Source of the DNA: Octopus bimaculoides
Taxonomy: Eukaryota
Direction: 5' to 3'
DNA length: 39,944 bases
Assembly: GCF_001194135.2 (NCBI RefSeq)
Contig: NC_069003.1
Span: forward strand, 29,349,675 to 29,389,618
Both the position numbers and the translations under genes were made by a program. Below are positions 35,951 through 39,944 of this stretch, piece after piece (the first letter of the stretch is position 1; each line of letters begins with the position of its first letter). The notes beneath the pieces are model-generated. The model did not search any database. It had not been told where the DNA came from and saw nothing but the letters and a program-made list of their open reading frames with translations.

Positions 35951-36480
35951 TGAACTCTCTAAGTCTACAGGTGTTGATGAGAGATTATGATTTGTGTCAG
36001 GCTCCTTGTTGGATATGCAATATTATCTGAATGATCATTAAACAATTTTCCCAATGGGCTTGATGCTAGAAAATACTTCTTTAAGGCTTTGAAGTACTTT
36101 TCTCGGGATATTGGTGGTGATTTGGTCTCCGAATGCTGCAATATACCTGATCACTAATTTTGACCTATCCCGCCGTTTGATAGAGCTACGATAATCACCA
36201 CTATTCCTCCTTATATTTCTCTTGATTACTAATCGTCTCGAATTAAAAATAATTTTATTCGTACGTGTAATCCCTATCACCATTCTTCTTATCTTCTCCT
36301 GGTTCCCGGCCATTAACATTATACTTATCGTATTTGGAAGGTAATATAGATTTATCAGTGAATTCACTCTAATTAAATCTGACTCCAAGAAGTCTTATGA
36401 TAATTTTGCTTATCTTTCTTTCATTTGAATGGAGGTGTTTCCGTATTTATTGTCTTAACCATATCACTCGTGTTATGATT
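35951..36480 (-). mobile_element. Probable upstream continuation of the same LINE (RT thumb and CCHC knuckle remnants)
   Basis: Fragmentary matches QMKE..LLESDL..NQEKIRRM..RLVIKR..YIAAFGDQITTN..C.SNKEPDTNHNLS to the R4-type region between RT and REL; many frameshifts. Confidence 0.5.
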
Positions 36481-39400
36481 ACATTTCCTAACATATTCTT
36501 TACAACCTGTCCAGGAATTTTTTATCCTATTATTAGAGTAGTAACCAGAAACGTGAAATATTAATGAACAACACTTCTATATATTGCAATTGTAGGCGAA
36601 CTGAAAGGGCGATAATGTATGTTGGAAATGGCATTCCAGAAGGTGAGAGAAAATAACTAATATAGATATCTCCTTTTATTTTCGCTGTTAATTTTCAGTT
36701 TTCTTATTGTCAGTTTTTTTTACGCAGAGTTGCATTTATGAGAGAAATAAACACAGAAATGTGTAAGATAAAAATACATATGCAGTGGGTGAAAATCTGT
36801 TATATCTCTCCATCGCCTTTTATGCAAGTAGCACAAATGAGTTTCCTTAATTTTACCTCATGAAAATTCAGTGGCGAGTGCTAATGAATTAGTAGACAAA
36901 ATAAAGTTAGACACTTCCTTCCTTCATTAACCCATGCAAACACTATTTACTCATAATAAATCCGCAAAAGAGTTCTTTTCCATATCTAATTTTGAAGGTT
37001 TTTACAATAGATGACGATTTTATTTTACTCTGATAAATTGTATCAACTCGGAAATCATGCACATTACATCCTCTCCCATCATCGATAACTACTTACTATG
37101 GGAAGACTTTCATATTCGTAAAATAATCAAATATATTTCTATAAAACGACATATTTATTGAACTTCCTGAGAAGCACATTCAGGAACTACTTTCACTTTT
37201 GTCACAAATATTACTTGAAATCTGGTCGTGAAATATATTCAGAATAATTTGCGAGATACCTTGACCTTGCCTCTCTATCATTCAACATGTAGGATTAATT
37301 TTTCATCCGAATATTTGCTTGATAATCTAAAGAAATTGCCATCTGAATGAATTACCATTAGACAACGGCAAATGATGAGTAGTAATTTTCTTCGAATAAT
37401 TGTCGTAATTAGCCCTTCACACATTAATCACGACATTCTTTTGCATCATTGTTAATGAAGTTTTTGTTTTCGTAATGTGACTGTAAATTGGTTTTATCTT
37501 TAACTAACTGTGACAATGCGGAAAAATGTCAGTTTAGACATGCTGGTGTCACTTGTTGGCGGAAATCAATAGCATCTCAGAGAAGTGCCATCTAACCACG
37601 AGTAAATACAGGTCTTATGAGTGAAACTGAGTAAATTGGAAGCTGTATGGAATCAACTGCACTGAAAATGATCCTGTCTTGTCGTGTTATCAAGCTGGTT
37701 ATGACTGAGATTAATTTAGGAGTCGATGTGTATCTGTAATACTAATGCACATGCTAAAGCAATGATATTGGTAGTTCAGTTAATATAACAACTGAATGGG
37801 TTAAACAGAGCAGGGACTGACACGTGGGATAGAGAGTCGCTGAAGAAGTTACAGGATGCCTGACGAAATATTTAAGACAAGAGTCATTAAAATAAAAGTA
37901 ATAATAAATCTGAAGTGAATAGCGAATATATTATGCGTGTCTTTACATGCCAAAAAAAAAAAATGACCATCCCGAAACAATAATAATATCTGTTTCTACA
38001 CAAGATTTTACATCAGGAATCTTGCAAAATAAATACATAAACGTAACAACTAAAAAGTATCTACTCGGAAGGTGTGACCGAGATCACAGCCATTTTATAT
38101 ATCTCTCTCATTCTTTATTTTCCTCTTCTTCTTACACCTTGCTTCTCTCTCTCTCTCGCACATTATATATATATATATNNNNNNNNNNNNNNNNNNNNNN
38201 NNNNNNNNNNNNNNNNNNNNNNNNNNNNNNNNNNNNNNNNNNNNNNNNNNNNNNNNNNNNNNNNNNNNNNNNNNNNNNNNNNNNNNNNNNNNNNNNNNNN
38301 NNNNNNNNNNNNNNNNNNNNNNNNNNNNNNNNNNNNNNNNNNNNNNNNNNNNNNNNNNNNNNNNNNNNNNNNNNNNNNNNNNNNNNNNNNNNNNNNNNNN
38401 NNNNNNNNNNNNNNNNNNNNNNNNNNNNNNNNNNNNNNNNNNNNNNNNNNNNNNNNNNNNNNNNNNNNNNNNNNNNNNNNNNNNNNNNNNNNNNNNNNNN
38501 NNNNNNNNNNNNNNNNNNNNNNNNNNNNNNNNNNNNNNNNNNNNNNNNNNNNNNNNNNNNNNNNNNNNNNNNNNNNNNNNNNNNNNNNNNNNNNNNNNNN
38601 NNNNNNNNNNNNNNNNNNNNNNNNNNNNNNNNNNNNNNNNNNNNNNNNNNNNNNNNNNNNNNNNNNNNNNNNNNNNNNNNNNNNNNNNNNNNNNNNNNNN
38701 NNNNNNNNNNNNNNNNNNNNNNNNNNNNNNNNNNNNNNNNNNNNNNNNNNNNNNNNNNNNNNNNNNNNNNNNNNNNNNNNNNNNNNNNNNNNNNNNNNNN
38801 NNNNNNNNNNNNNNNNNNNNNNNNNNNNNNNNNNNNNNNNNNNNNNNNNNNNNNNNNNNNNNNNNNNNNNNNNNNNNNNNNNNNNNNNNNNNNNNNNNNN
38901 NNNNNNNNNNNNNNNNNNNNNNNNNNNNNNNNNNNNNNNNNNNNNNNNNNNNNNNNNNNNNNNNNNNNNNNNNNNNNNNNNNNNNNNNNNNNNNNNNNNN
39001 NNNNNNNNGTGGTGGTGGGGTGTGTGGTGGTGGGGGGTGTGGTGGTGGGGGGTATGCATACATGCGTAGGAAACAAAGGAAATAGATTAAGTACCTTTGC
39101 TAAGTTAATACAATCGCTATTAACGTATTCTGAATATTATAATTTGTGTTGTTGATAGCAAAGTCTGTAGAGTGTAGGAAGAACTGTGTGGATACGTTGG
39201 ATAGTTCTAAGATTAAAATATTCAATCATATTAAATGAGACGCAATTCTCTAAATGAAGCTATAATATATTCGAGATAATTAGTGAGGCAATTTTCGCCG
39301 TTTCTTAGTAAACATCTGTATAGATACGTAATCTAAATAATGAATTATAGTATTGGCATCTTTTAATACAAATCGGTATGGTTGAATATCGTTTGTGTTT

Positions 39401-39758
39401 TTCCTTTGTAATGAACCTCAGATGTGCAATTTAAGACAGTCAAGTATTAAATGCTAATACATGACAATTGTAACTTACTGAAGCCAGGTAGTTTATGGTA
39501 TGTCATGACATTTGTAACTTAGATAATATGATCTTGTATTGAATGAAAGTGAACCAATGAAATGAGTTACTTTATCACTTCGACTTGCTAAAATGGCGAG
39601 GAAATTTCCCTTTAAATATTACTCTATCACTTTGAAAAGGAAGAGCACATTTGAATATTCGTTTCTAAATACAAAGTATGTTAACTGAAGTGAAATAGGA
39701 TCATCGCGGCTGGAATGATTTTGATCACATATCTCTATATATATGCATATACTTATGC

Positions 39759-39927
39759 ATGTTTGTGTCAGCTCCCCACCATTGCTTATCAACCGATGTT
39801 GCTGTGTTTACGTCCCTGAAACTTAGCGGTTCGGTAGAAGTCCAGGGGTCGATTTCTTCGACTAAAAAGCAGAGCTCCATCATGACCACAGTCAAATGAG
39901 TGAAACAAGGGTAGAGGAGTAAATGAG
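39759..39927 (+). mobile_element. 3' half of SINE family A, internally deleted
   Basis: CCCCACCATTGCTTATCAACCGATGTTGCTGTGTTTACGTCCC matches 545-591; continues CTTAGCGGTTCGG..GGGGTCGATTT..CGACTAAA..AGTCAAATGAGTGAAACAAG. Confidence 0.8.
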
Positions 39928-39944
39928 TATATATATATATATAT

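Larger units (their letters stand above)
404..39008. other. 12 assembly gaps: 404-413, 2476-2753, 3622-4168, 6511-7187, 9005-9181, 9592-9601, 14254-14263, 15511-15530, 21843-22750, 28991-29614, 32438-32447, 38179-39008 (4101 N in total)
   Basis: N runs read directly; almost all are bordered by dinucleotide microsatellites. Confidence 0.98.

Noticed and set aside
39009-39052. G-quadruplex or telomere-like repeat
   Set aside because: Only three long G-runs are visible, at a gap edge where base calls are unreliable; not TTAGGG; probably a degenerate (GT)n/(GGT)n tract.
2445-39155. Long ORFs of 100-400 aa in the ORF track (e.g. 6391-7419, 21774-22886, 28937-29947, 37947-39155)
   Set aside because: They are open only because they run through N-gaps and dinucleotide repeats (YIYI, HTHT, ERER, VCVC).

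Overview
This window is AT-rich, repeat-dominated animal genomic DNA from a gapped short-read assembly, with 12 N-gaps (about 4.1 kb), nearly all bordered by (TA)n/(TG)n. The SINE families and microsatellite load point to an octopus or other coleoid cephalopod; this is recall-based inference, not a database result. No host protein-coding gene can be identified with confidence, and the region looks intronic or intergenic, with a few candidate exons defined only by splice signals. Recognisable content: about 10 copies of one tRNA-derived SINE family (several in head-to-tail arrays, including an inverted dimer/dimer pair), pieces of 3-4 other SINE families, three decayed Tc1/mariner-superfamily transposase fragments (mariner, DD37D/maT-like, Tc1), two Tc1/mariner MITEs, a hAT MITE, a non-autonomous Helitron, an L1/Tx1-clade RT fragment, and two R4/Dong-like restriction-like-endonuclease LINE fragments, one ending exactly at a (TAA)n tract. 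The most notable object is a roughly 300-bp minus-strand element at 20664-20960 made of a tRNA-like Pol III head, an internal (TAA)n tract and a Penelope-type minimal hammerhead ribozyme motif. It appears to be a ribozyme-carrying SINE; this copy has two core substitutions.
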